NCBI RefSeq assembly: GCF_000018105.1
Contig: NC_009925.1
Span: 6,180,001-6,212,000, forward strand
Length of the DNA: 32,000 bases
Reading direction: 5' to 3'
Source: Acaryochloris marina MBIC11017
GTDB taxonomy: Bacteria; Cyanobacteriota; Cyanobacteriia; Thermosynechococcales; Thermosynechococcaceae
Shown here: positions 9,094 through 17,919 of the stretch, in pieces
How positions within the stretch are numbered: the stretch's first letter is position 1
Layout of the letters: every line of letters starts with the position of its first letter
Notes under the pieces: model-generated
The model's database searches: none
Seen by the model: the letters and a program-made list of their open reading frames with translations, nothing else
What the model was told of the DNA's origin: nothing
Position numbers and translations under genes: made by a program

Positions 9094-10065
9094 TCAGACC
9101 CTAATGGTAACTTTTCCTCGAACCTGTCGCTGTTCAAGATAACGGATCGCCTCTGGCACCTCATGCAGTGGGTAACTGCGATCAATGCAGGGCGCAATCT
9201 TTCTGGCCTCAAGCCAGTCTTTCACAATCGCAAGATCGTTTGGATTGACTTTCATTGCCAGGGCTGTCATCTTCCGATGCAGAATCTTGCTAAGGAGGGA
9301 GCCAAACAACATCACCTGGAAAAATCGAGCCGTTGAGCCACCCACCAGGACGAAGGCTCCCTCCGGGCTTAAAACCTGCTGATAGTCCAGTACTGAACGA
9401 TAAGCGGCGGTATCCAGAATTAGGTCGTATTGTTGTCCAACTTGAATAACTGATTGTTGAGTGTAGTCAATAATGTGGTCTGGATGAAGAGATCGCACCA
9501 TCTCTATCTTTTCGGTTCGACACACCGCTGTTACCTCAGCCCCATAGATCTTGGCAATCTGCACCGCAAACGATCCCACACCACCGGAGGCACCATTAAT
9601 CAACACCTGCTGCCCAGACTGAATTTGCCCACAATCTCGTAGGGCTTGTAGGGCCGCAACTGCTGAGGTTGGCACAGCTGCTGCTTCCTCAAATGTTACG
9701 TTTGCAGGCTTAGGTTGTAGGGCATCTGTGGGGGCACAAACATATTGGGCAAATGCCCCCCACCCAGACTCGGACAGATTACCAAAGACCTCGTCACCCG
9801 GTTTAAACTGCGTGACCTCTTTACCGACCGCTTCTACTTGCCCCGCTAGATCAGATCCCAAAATGTTGATCGTGGGCTTGAAAATACCGCTGAACATTAA
9901 GCGAATTAAGAACGGTGTGCCTCGCATCAGATGCCAATCTCCGGCATGAACAGAGGCCGCCTGTACTTTTACGAGCACTTCGCTATCAGCAGGTGTGGGT
10001 TTGGGGACATCTACTAATTGCAATACATCCGGTGAACCATACTGAGTCTGCCAGGTCGCTTTCAT
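9094..10065 (-). CDS. MDR-superfamily NAD(P)H:quinone oxidoreductase / zinc-type alcohol dehydrogenase-like protein
   Basis: MKATWQTQYGSPDVLQLVDVPKPTP is a typical N-terminus for this family, so I place the start at the ATG at 10065 rather than at 10119. A nucleotide-binding motif, INGASGGVGSFAVQIAK, is present. Confidence 0.8.
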   Translation of the reverse strand: MKATWQTQYGSPDVLQLVDVPKPTPADSEVLVKVQAASVHAGDWHLMRGTPFLIRLMFSGIFKPTINILGSDLAGQVEAVGKEVTQFKPGDEVFGNLSESGWGAFAQYVCAPTDALQPKPANVTFEEAAAVPTSAVAALQALRDCGQIQSGQQVLINGASGGVGSFAVQIAKIYGAEVTAVCRTEKIEMVRSLHPDHIIDYTQQSVIQVGQQYDLILDTAAYRSVLDYQQVLSPEGAFVLVGGSTARFFQVMLFGSLLSKILHRKMTALAMKVNPNDLAIVKDWLEARKIAPCIDRSYPLHEVPEAIRYLEQRQVRGKVTIRV

Positions 10066-10521
10066 GGTGCAGACGCCTGGAGTAACAGAACGGGTTGGTG
10101 ACATAACACGAAATTCCATACGAAGGGAACATGTTGGGAAATAAAGCTGAGATTCTTGCTGTGTGAGCGTTGTGGATTAGTTCATCAGAACAATAAGCCC
10201 ACCCTGTCGGCAAAACAATAGGACCATTATTCATTGGAGTTCAGCGTCCATTGCTCGCGCCAAAGACACAACAAGAGTAGTCCTAGCCCAATTTCAATTC
10301 CTGCAGATCAGAGCAAGGACGAACTGGGGGACCATCAATTGCCATGCCTGCTAATCGAGAGCAACCATAGAACAGGTAGATCAACACTTCTAGGATGGTG
10401 GACGTGAAGGTGAGTGTAGCCATAAACGCATCGAGTAGCATGATGAGATCACTGGCAAACAAGGCCTCGGCAGTACGGAATTCGCTGACAGAGATGGACC
10501 AGCAACCTTCATATGTTTAGG

Positions 10522-10908
10522 TTAGGTATTACGCTTAGTAGTCAAAAGATATATGGAAAATATTGCGACAACGACGCTATCGAATGCAACTACTAATCCA
10601 GCCTTTCCCAGATATTCGTTGCCAATAGTCAGTACTAGTCCAATAAAGATAATTTTGCTGGTACTAGAGAATACAAGAATTAGTGAGCGATGTAGAGGGT
10701 TAAATGCACCATAGATAAGAAGTCCCCCTATTAAGGTGATTAACGCACCCCAGTTTCTGACGACTATCTCAGCAATTGGACCACTGATAGATTCTCCAAA
10801 AGTACTCATTAAGGCTGCTTCTGGAGCTATTGCAGCATAGGCCATTGTACAAGTGAGTAGCCCCGATACAAGCATGACCCATTTGATATTTTTTGTAATA
10901 ACGTTCAC
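10522..10908 (-). CDS. small integral membrane protein, unknown family
   Basis: 128-aa ORF with about four hydrophobic segments and a GTG start. It looks clearly AT-richer than its neighbours. Confidence 0.45.
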   Translation of the reverse strand: MNVITKNIKWVMLVSGLLTCTMAYAAIAPEAALMSTFGESISGPIAEIVVRNWGALITLIGGLLIYGAFNPLHRSLILVFSSTSKIIFIGLVLTIGNEYLGKAGLVVAFDSVVVAIFSIYLLTTKRNT

Positions 10909-11131
10909 GTTGAAGATTTCCAGATGTTGTACCTAAAAGCAAAACGCAGATTAAAGTCGGCAGTGCGCACTTGATAGTGGTACCACTGAACTTGGGGTTG
11001 TAGTGTCATTAAAACGGTGGGTGAAGCTAATCTATCCACTTGAATGGATAAGCTGATCTCTAATCTATACGTTGTGGAAGTTTGGAGTCCACGCGAAAGT
11101 ACGATGAGTGGGGGTGATTTAAGAAAGCATT

Positions 11132-11808
11132 ATGCAACCAACTGTAGCCCCACGTATCAAAATCTGCTGTATTAGCTGCATCCAAGAAGCAATGCTTGCG
11201 ATCGACTGTGGTGCCTCTGCCCTGGGACTTGTTTCTGCGATGCCAAGCGGCCCAGGCATAATCGATGAATCACTGGTTGCAGAATTGCGGCGGCTGTACC
11301 ACCTGCGATCGCAACTTTTTTACTCACCAGCGAACAAGACCCCGATATTATCATCCAGCAGCAGCACCGCTGTCGCACAAACACAGTTCAGCTTTGCGAT
11401 CGCATAGAAACAGTGGCCTATCCGATATTGCGTCAGGCGCTGCCTGGAATCAAACTCGTGCAGGTCATTCATGTGCAGGATAAAGACGCCATCAATGAAG
11501 CACGGCTGATTTCACAGCACGTAGATGCCATCTTGCTTGACTCAGGGAATCAAAATCTGGAAGTCAAAGAGCTTGGCGGCACAGGGCGTGTTCATGACTG
11601 GCAGATCAGCCGCCAGATCCGGGAAGAAATTGATGTGCCGCTTTTTCTTGCAGGCGGCTTGAAACCGGATAACGTCCGCGTAGCCATTGAGCAGGTTGAA
11701 CCGTTTGGTCTGGATCTTTGCAGTGGAGTTCGCACTGACGATCGGCTGGACGAAAACAAGCTGCGATCGTTTTTCAAAGCCGTTCGGGAAACGACGGAGC
11801 AGCGATAA
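11132..11808 (+). pseudogene. trpF: phosphoribosylanthranilate isomerase (TrpF) with a 1-nt frameshift near 11280-11285
   Basis: Frame A (11132-11284) reads RIKICCIS..AMLAIDCGASALGLVSAMPSGPGIIDESLVAE. The TrpF-like sequence then continues in another frame from 11284 as IAAAVPPAIATFLLTSEQD...VQVIHV...LGGTGRVHDW...LAGGLKPDNV...PFGLDLCSGV, up to the stop at 11806-11808. The two frames overlap by one base at GAA|ATT, which is written gaatt in the sequence. Confidence 0.8.
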
Positions 11809-11863
11809 TGGGCTTGAGCGTAGCAGATATATCCTCCCAGTCCCCTACCATCACGCACTCGAT

Positions 11864-12577
11864 ATGAAAACGAAGTTTAAGCTCATCGCCCTTGATGCCG
11901 ACGACACCCTATGGCACAACATTCCCCTCTTCAACACCACCGAAGCACGATTTCGAGAGATTCTGACGGCTAGCCAAGATACCGACACCATAGAGCAACG
12001 CCTCTACCAAACGGAGAAGCGGAACCTCGAGCACTTTGGCTACGGTGTAAAAAGCTTCACGCTCTCAATGATCGAAACCGCTATTGAGCTGACGGAAGGC
12101 CACATCCCCGCCACCCACATTCAAGAAATCATTGACTTGGGCCGCGAGATGCTCAAAGCCCCAGTGGAGCTGCTAGATGGTGCAGAAGAGACCATCAGAA
12201 TCCTCGCAGAGCAGGTGCCACTCATGCTGCTGACCAAAGGAGATCTGCTCAGTCAGGAAAGCAAATTGGCACGCTCTGGACTGGGGGGTTACTTCTCTGC
12301 CATTGAGATCGTTTCTAAAAAAGACACCGACACGTACCGGAAGATCTTGAGACGCAACGATCTGCAACCGAGCCAGTTTTTGATGGTTGGCAACTCGATT
12401 CAGTCTGATGTGTTACCAGTGCTTGAAGCCGGAGCCGCAGCCGTCCACATTCCCTATCACACCACATGGGTGCATGAGCAGGCCGATATGGAGGCACTTC
12501 AAGGAAAAGACTTTACCTGCCTAGAGAGTCTGCGGGAACTTCCTGCTTGGCTCACCCAAACAGAATGGATAAGATGA
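11864..12577 (+). CDS. HAD-superfamily hydrolase
   Basis: The start ATG at 11864 gives MKTKFKLIALDADDTLWHN, which is HAD motif I (DxDxT). The later motifs LLTKGD and MVGNSIQSDV are present. The ORF-track start at 11687 overlaps trpF and is unlikely. Confidence 0.8.
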   Translation: MKTKFKLIALDADDTLWHNIPLFNTTEARFREILTASQDTDTIEQRLYQTEKRNLEHFGYGVKSFTLSMIETAIELTEGHIPATHIQEIIDLGREMLKAPVELLDGAEETIRILAEQVPLMLLTKGDLLSQESKLARSGLGGYFSAIEIVSKKDTDTYRKILRRNDLQPSQFLMVGNSIQSDVLPVLEAGAAAVHIPYHTTWVHEQADMEALQGKDFTCLESLRELPAWLTQTEWIR

Positions 12578-12606
12578 GGAAGAAGGCAAGAGCGCAGGCC
12601 ACAGCC

Positions 12607-12804
12607 ATGACTGCTATTACACTCAATCTGGAGTCGTTAACGACGTTGACCCATGACCAGTTCTACCAGCTCTGCATGAACAACAAAGATGTGGTGATGG
12701 AACGCAGTCGATCAGGTAAGTCAATCATTATGCTTCCAGTGGGTGGTGAAAGTGGCGCAAAGGTCACATTGATTAGGTGTCTTTTGCGACAGCCTGACGT
12801 ATAA
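12607..12804 (+). pseudogene. 5-prime remnant of a Uma2-family (DUF820) endonuclease gene
   Basis: MTAITLNLESLTTLTHDQFYQLCMNNKDVVMERSRSGKSIIMLPVGGESG matches the N-terminal 50 aa typical of cyanobacterial Uma2 proteins, which are normally about 190 aa. The similarity is lost after about 12760 and the ORF stops at 12804. Confidence 0.6.
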
Positions 12805-12832
12805 CCATAGTTATCCCACTTGGTTCCAACCA

Positions 12833-13399
12833 ATGCGAATCGAATTCACGCGGGAAATCGAGCATCTAGGGATCTTGGACAAGCTACGTCCGTTTGACCC
12901 CGTGGTCATTGGGACGCCTCCACTTGGGATTGACGTGGCGAACAACGATATTGACATCGCTTGTTCCTATGACGACCTTGACCGTTTCAAGATGGATTCT
13001 ACGACCCAGTTTGAATGCTTCAAGAATTTTGAAATACGCGACTCTACCGCGCAAAACGAAGAGTCCGTTGTCGTTCAGTTTAGCGCGTTGAATTGGGATA
13101 TTGAACTGTTCTGCCAATCCATCCCAACAGGCCAACAATGGGGTGTAAGGTACTTCCGAATCGAAAAGCGGTTGCTGGCAGTTGTGCCTAAACTGAAAGC
13201 GACAGTGATCAAACTGAGACAATCTGGGTTGAAGACAGAACCAGCATTTGCGATTGCCCTTGGGCTGTCGGGTGATCCCTATTTAGCACTTCTTGATCTT
13301 GAACATGAAGGCCACGACGAATTGCTGCAATTGGTTGAGACCCAGCCGAAAGTCATGGAGAATCGTCCGCACAGTGATCCCAATACGAAGTTGGGATAA
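12833..13399 (+). CDS. DUF4269 domain-containing protein
   Basis: 188-aa ORF. GTPPLGIDVANNDIDIAC and KTEPAFAIALGLSGDPYLALLDL match my recollection of the DUF4269 family signature. Confidence 0.6.
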   Translation: MRIEFTREIEHLGILDKLRPFDPVVIGTPPLGIDVANNDIDIACSYDDLDRFKMDSTTQFECFKNFEIRDSTAQNEESVVVQFSALNWDIELFCQSIPTGQQWGVRYFRIEKRLLAVVPKLKATVIKLRQSGLKTEPAFAIALGLSGDPYLALLDLEHEGHDELLQLVETQPKVMENRPHSDPNTKLG

Positions 13400-13609
13400 C
13401 AATGCAATACATCGGAGTCGCGAAGCCGACGTTTCAAATGGACAACTACTCGCTGCGGCCCGGTGATTGCGGACGTTAGATTTCAACGACACCGATGCGC
13501 AACCAAAATACAGTGTGTTGTTTAAAGAACTCCCTGTAAGCCATGCAGAGAGAAGGCTATCGGCATTCTAAGCTAGGGCTGGTGAGAAATCCAGGGCACA
13601 ATATCTCAA

Positions 13610-14476
13610 CTATCCCATTCTGTAGACTTTTGGTGTCACTCCCATCATTTGTCGAAACTGCTTGCTTAGATGGCTATGACTATTAAATCCACATTCGTAG
13701 GCTATATCGATGATGCGTCGATCTGTTTGTTTCAATAGCTGCTTAGCATGCTCAATGCGCTGCTGAATTAGGTATTGGTGTGGAGATTTACCCGTGGATA
13801 GCTTGAATAAGCGGCTGAAATGGAAAGGGCTCATATCCAGTATTTGAGCTAAATCTGCCAGCTTAATCTCGCAATCTAAATGGGCGTCGATGTAGTCCAA
13901 AACCTGCTGAAGTTGTCTCGGGGGCAAGCCGCCTTCATAGATGGGTAGCTGTGGTCTTTTGGTTGCGTGGTGCCGCAGTAAATTCACGGCCAAAATGTTC
14001 GCTAAAGAATCCAAGTACAGCCTATTGCCCGAGGTGTCTTGCTGAAACTCCGTGTGGAGCATCATGGCGATCGCTTCCATCTGAGCATCGCGCACATGAA
14101 ATGTGGGGATAAGTTCGATGAGATCGCTGTTCTGCTCTAGGGTTTCTCGGGCAACACTTTGCAAAAACTGGGTTGTAAGCTGAATCTGCAAGCAATTTTC
14201 TTCACCCTCCCACCGAACAAATAGGGGGATTTTGGCTGGTGTGATCAGGATATCTCCCTTCCGGTAGAGTCCTGTGTAGGTCTTGTCATCTTGAGCTTGT
14301 AAATAATGGATTGGACGGGAAGCAAGGGGCATAAAGATCGTGTGCGTTTCTTCAAAATGGCAACTTGCTTCCCCTGGCGCATATTGGAGCGTTTCGACTC
14401 GAAGAATATCGTTGCCTGAACTAGATGAAGGGAACGATGTATGGGCGTCAACTTCTGGCATAGCAGGATTTTCCAT
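13610..14476 (-). CDS. AraC-family transcriptional regulator
   Basis: 288-aa ORF with a cupin-like N-terminal half. The C-terminal double HTH includes LADLAQILDMSPFHFSRLFK and IDIAYECGFNSHSHLSKQFRQMMGVTP. Confidence 0.85.
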   Translation of the reverse strand: MENPAMPEVDAHTSFPSSSSGNDILRVETLQYAPGEASCHFEETHTIFMPLASRPIHYLQAQDDKTYTGLYRKGDILITPAKIPLFVRWEGEENCLQIQLTTQFLQSVARETLEQNSDLIELIPTFHVRDAQMEAIAMMLHTEFQQDTSGNRLYLDSLANILAVNLLRHHATKRPQLPIYEGGLPPRQLQQVLDYIDAHLDCEIKLADLAQILDMSPFHFSRLFKLSTGKSPHQYLIQQRIEHAKQLLKQTDRRIIDIAYECGFNSHSHLSKQFRQMMGVTPKVYRMG

Positions 14477-14641
14477 AGTGCCAACCTAGTGCTGCTGAAT
14501 CCCAACTAGGTTAAAGAAATGGGTGGTCTCACTTTAACTTAGAAACTGACCGCAAGATTGTTACAGGTGAGCAAGAATCCAATAGCTGAGCCTAGACCGT
14601 TTTCCTAAGCTGAGACTGTCATTTCTTAGGAGAGCACGATT

Positions 14642-15265
14642 ATGCAACTACTTATCTTTGGAGCCACAGGAAGCGTCGGTCGCCAGGTGGTTGACCAAGC
14701 GCTGGAGCAGGGGCACCAGGTCACAGCCTTCGCTCGAAATCCCGAAAAGCTAGATATTCAGCATCCCCATCTCAAGTTTTTTCAGGGGGATGTGATGGAT
14801 GCCCCAGCAGTCGAACAGGCGGTGCAAGGCCAAGAAGCTGTCCTGTGTTCAATTGGGGCCGGTCGCAATGGAAAGATTCGCTCAGAAGGCACCCGCAATA
14901 TTGTCAAAGCGATGGAGAACGCTTCAGTACAGCGGTTTGTTTGCCAATCCACAATCGGGGTTGGGGACAGCCGGGGCAATCTCGATTTTTTCTGGAAATA
15001 CATCATGTTTGGACTGCTGCTGCGTCCAGCCTATGCCGACCACGTTTTTCAGGAAGCTTTCGTTCGGCAAAGCCGACTGGATTGGACCATCGTTCGTCCA
15101 GCCGCTTTCACCGATGAAGGCCGAACGGGTGCCTACCAGCATGGTTTTCCGGGTAATGAGAGGGGAATAACGCTCAAAATTTCGAGGGCGGATGTTGCTG
15201 ACTTCATGCTAAAGCAGTTGTCAGACGATACTTATTTGCACCAGACACCCGGTTTATCGTACTGA
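14642..15265 (+). CDS. atypical SDR, NAD(P)H-binding (flavin reductase/BVR-B-like)
   Basis: 207-aa ORF with the Rossmann start LLIFGATGSVGRQVVDQALEQGHQVTAFARNPEK. AGGAG lies upstream. It is divergent from the AraC gene. Confidence 0.8.
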   Translation: MQLLIFGATGSVGRQVVDQALEQGHQVTAFARNPEKLDIQHPHLKFFQGDVMDAPAVEQAVQGQEAVLCSIGAGRNGKIRSEGTRNIVKAMENASVQRFVCQSTIGVGDSRGNLDFFWKYIMFGLLLRPAYADHVFQEAFVRQSRLDWTIVRPAAFTDEGRTGAYQHGFPGNERGITLKISRADVADFMLKQLSDDTYLHQTPGLSY

Positions 15266-15308
15266 CTGCTTTTCTGGTCTGTCCTTGCCAGAGGTATCAA
15301 GTATTCAA

Positions 15309-15338
15309 AGTCCCCCACTTGGAAAATTTAGGGGGACT
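15309..15338 (+). terminator. stem-loop downstream of the SDR gene
   Basis: The 8-bp perfect stem AGTCCCCC (15309-15316) pairs with GGGGGACT (15331-15338) around a 14-nt loop. No clear U-tract follows, so terminator function is uncertain. Confidence 0.35.
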
Positions 15339-15389
15339 AAAATGCTCTCTCTCACCGATCTAAATTAATCAATAGGAGATTTCATCGCT

Positions 15390-15881
15390 ATGTCTAACCA
15401 ACTTCTGTTTTCGGTGAAGCTGTTCTCAGTTCTAGGCTGTGGACTCGTAGCAGGAATGTTCTTTGCCTTCTCAACGTTTGTGATGCTGGCCCTGGGGCAA
15501 CGACCACCGTCTGAGGGAATTGCGGTGATGCAAGCTATCAACATCACGGTGATTAATCCCTGGTTTATGCTTGCATTTTTGGGCACGGCGGCCACTTGCC
15601 TGTTTCTAGCTGCTTCCTCACTGTTCCAGTGGCAGAAACCGGGGTCTGTCTACCTCCTCGTGGGGAGTCTATTGTACCTCCTCGGCACGATTTTGGTCAC
15701 CATGCGGTTCAATGTGCCGATGAATGATGCCTTGGCGATTGTCGAGCCACATAATCCTGACGCCATTGGTCTTTGGAGCCGCTACCTAACTAACTGGACC
15801 TTCTGGAATCACGTTCGCACTGCTGCTGCACTGGCTGCGACGGCTTCATTAACGCTAGCGCTTAGAGCGCCACAGTTATAG
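15390..15881 (+). CDS. DUF1772 (anthrone-oxygenase-like) membrane protein, copy 1
   Basis: 163-aa ORF with four hydrophobic segments. GLVAGMFFAFSTFVMLAL, RFNVPMNDAL and WTFWNHVRT are typical DUF1772 blocks. GGAG lies upstream. Confidence 0.7.
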   Translation: MSNQLLFSVKLFSVLGCGLVAGMFFAFSTFVMLALGQRPPSEGIAVMQAINITVINPWFMLAFLGTAATCLFLAASSLFQWQKPGSVYLLVGSLLYLLGTILVTMRFNVPMNDALAIVEPHNPDAIGLWSRYLTNWTFWNHVRTAAALAATASLTLALRAPQL

Positions 15882-15948
15882 TTCTCTGTTTGGAAATAAC
15901 AACTCAGAACCAATTCTGTTTCTATCTTGTAAAAGGAAAGAAATTAAC

Positions 15949-16449
15949 ATGACGGAGCATATATTTTTCTTGACATTAGAAGTCGCTGTCATTTGCTGTG
16001 GGCTAGTTTCTGGTTTCTTTCTCACGTTTTCGGACTTCTTGATGCGATCGCTTTATCTAGCCAAGGTTGAAGCTGGAATTGAGGTCATGCAAATCATTAA
16101 TCGCGAGGTGTGGAGATCAATCTATATCTTTCTGCTATGGGGAATGGCTCCTTTTGCCATTGTCCTAGCTGGCTATGCTTACTGGAATATCACTGGCCCT
16201 GCAATGATCTGGGTGATGATTGGTAGTGCGCTCTATGTCTTTGGTGTACTGGTCATCTCCTATGGGTTCAACATTCCTATGAACAACCGGCTTGATGCAA
16301 TGGAATATTCTGGTACGGAAGCGGCGACCTATTGGAAAGATACCTATGTATCGCGTTGGGTGCTGTGGAATTATATCCGAGCTATTACTACCGGAGGAGC
16401 TGCAATTTGCTTCTTGGTTGCATGTATCTTGATAGCCCAGTTGCAGTAG
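15949..16449 (+). CDS. DUF1772 (anthrone-oxygenase-like) membrane protein, copy 2
   Basis: 166-aa paralogue with the same architecture: GLVSGFFLTFSDFLM, GFNIPMNNRL and WVLWNYIRA. Confidence 0.7.
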   Translation: MTEHIFFLTLEVAVICCGLVSGFFLTFSDFLMRSLYLAKVEAGIEVMQIINREVWRSIYIFLLWGMAPFAIVLAGYAYWNITGPAMIWVMIGSALYVFGVLVISYGFNIPMNNRLDAMEYSGTEAATYWKDTYVSRWVLWNYIRAITTGGAAICFLVACILIAQLQ

Positions 16450-16551
16450 TCATTAGCCTGTGAAGCGCTCAGCCCAATGGGGACGGGCAGCGATCAGACA
16501 AAGCTGTTCTCCCCCACCTCATCACAAATGCTCTCTATTGAGGAACGTAAG

Positions 16552-16716
16552 ATGCAGAAAGTTGCTGTATTCGGCAATGCTGGTGGTGGTAAATCAACTC
16601 TCAGCAAACGCCTCGCTCAATTCACCGGCCTACCCTTAATTGCTTTGGACTTGCTCAAGTACACACCGGGTGGCGAAGAAGTTCCCCATGCGGAGTACAA
16701 AGCGGCTCATGATCAA
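16552..16716 (+). pseudogene. 5-prime remnant of a P-loop NTPase gene (paralogue of 1355-1897)
   Basis: MQKVAVFGNAGGGKSTLSKRLAQFTGLPLIALDLLKYTPGGEEVPHAEYKAAHD aligns with residues 1-54 of the 1355-1897 product. The similarity stops at the stop codon (16713-16715) of the convergent gene. Confidence 0.7.
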
Positions 16717-17804
16717 AGCGAAGGAACAGATTTGATGGATACAGCAACGCCAAAATCACTCAATACCCGAAGGGCACTATCAACCTGGGGCGCAGTATCG
16801 GGATAAACAATGCCAGGAGCAGGAGGCGGGGCACCATCCCAACCCAGCAAGCGTTCCAAATGCACCAAGGCACCCAACGCCGTCAAGTGAGTTTGCCCTT
16901 GGGGATCGACGATAGTGGCATTAACTATTGTTGGATTACCGTCTCCAGCAGTCCCAGAGGCAGTAATCACAATCTCGTGGCTGGCCCCGCTGCCAGGATT
17001 GTAGAGGAGCGATTGCCGCAACGGCGTAAAGCGAGCACCACTGATCAATTTCCAAATTCCAGAACGGGTCAGGACACGAAGGAGGTTGGTGGAGAACGCA
17101 TCATCGAAAGCGATTCGAGTAGCAACTGTTTTGGCCCCTATCGTACTGGGCAGCGTGAGCAAATCTGGGGTGTCGAAACGATACACCTTAGTAGTGTAAC
17201 CCTTCGGAAACGTGACGGAGCGAGGATCTGTATAGGGCAGAACTTCTCGTTGTTTACTATCAATCGTGACCTCGAACGGTGTTGCTAATCGATCCATATA
17301 CTCAACGGAGTTGGGGCCGGATTTATCTTTGGTTGAGAACAGAACGCTAATGTCAATGCGGTCCACCTGATGTAAGGACCGAGTCGCCGCAACAGAGATT
17401 GCTGCGGCCACACCACCCATCCATCCTGATGAGAGGAGAACCGGGACCTTTAATTCTTCGACTGAGAGCTGTGCGATCGTATTTCTGAATTGCGCTGACC
17501 AACGGGTGATATCCAGATAGGGTATGCCACTGTGAACCACATCCCTCAAAAGGTAATCATGGGAGTCATTCACCGCCGCAACAATCGCTCGGGGTCTTAT
17601 ACCCTGCAAAGGATTAGGTTGCTCAACATCCAATTGGAAGCTACTGGCCTTGCCTAACCTTTGGGCTAGTGAGTCGGCCTTGCCTAACGTTCGCCCAGCG
17701 ATAATCAGTGGTAGATCAGGGTGACGCTGTCGAATGAGATTTGCAATTTGTTGTCCAACGACGCCATAGCCACCCGCAATTAAAATTCCATCCTCAATCA
17801 TCAT
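16713..17804 (-). CDS. saccharopine dehydrogenase-like NAD(P)-binding protein
   Basis: 363-aa ORF with the Rossmann start ILIAGGYGVVGQQIANLIRQRHPDLPLIIAGR. Size and layout are typical of Sacchrp_dh_NADP family proteins. Confidence 0.65.
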   Translation of the reverse strand: MMIEDGILIAGGYGVVGQQIANLIRQRHPDLPLIIAGRTLGKADSLAQRLGKASSFQLDVEQPNPLQGIRPRAIVAAVNDSHDYLLRDVVHSGIPYLDITRWSAQFRNTIAQLSVEELKVPVLLSSGWMGGVAAAISVAATRSLHQVDRIDISVLFSTKDKSGPNSVEYMDRLATPFEVTIDSKQREVLPYTDPRSVTFPKGYTTKVYRFDTPDLLTLPSTIGAKTVATRIAFDDAFSTNLLRVLTRSGIWKLISGARFTPLRQSLLYNPGSGASHEIVITASGTAGDGNPTIVNATIVDPQGQTHLTALGALVHLERLLGWDGAPPPAPGIVYPDTAPQVDSALRVLSDFGVAVSIKSVPSL

Positions 17805-17919
17805 GTCTATGCTTCCTCCGAAATCAACTGGACCTCAAGCTCTGCCATCGAGCTAGCAAGGATCTAAGACAACCGATCTTGATACTGAAGGATCCTCCCT
17901 AGCAGCCAGACCACTCGCT

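Noticed and set aside
11266-11290. I considered whether the trpF frame change is a programmed ribosomal frameshift.
   Set aside because: I saw no slippery heptamer or downstream structure, and no precedent for trpF is known to me. A 1-nt deletion or a sequencing error is a far simpler explanation.
11687-11863. The HAD hydrolase ORF extends upstream so that it overlaps trpF.
   Set aside because: The canonical HAD N-terminus (MKTKFKLIALDADDT) begins at 11864. The upstream part overlaps the trpF coding sequence in another frame.
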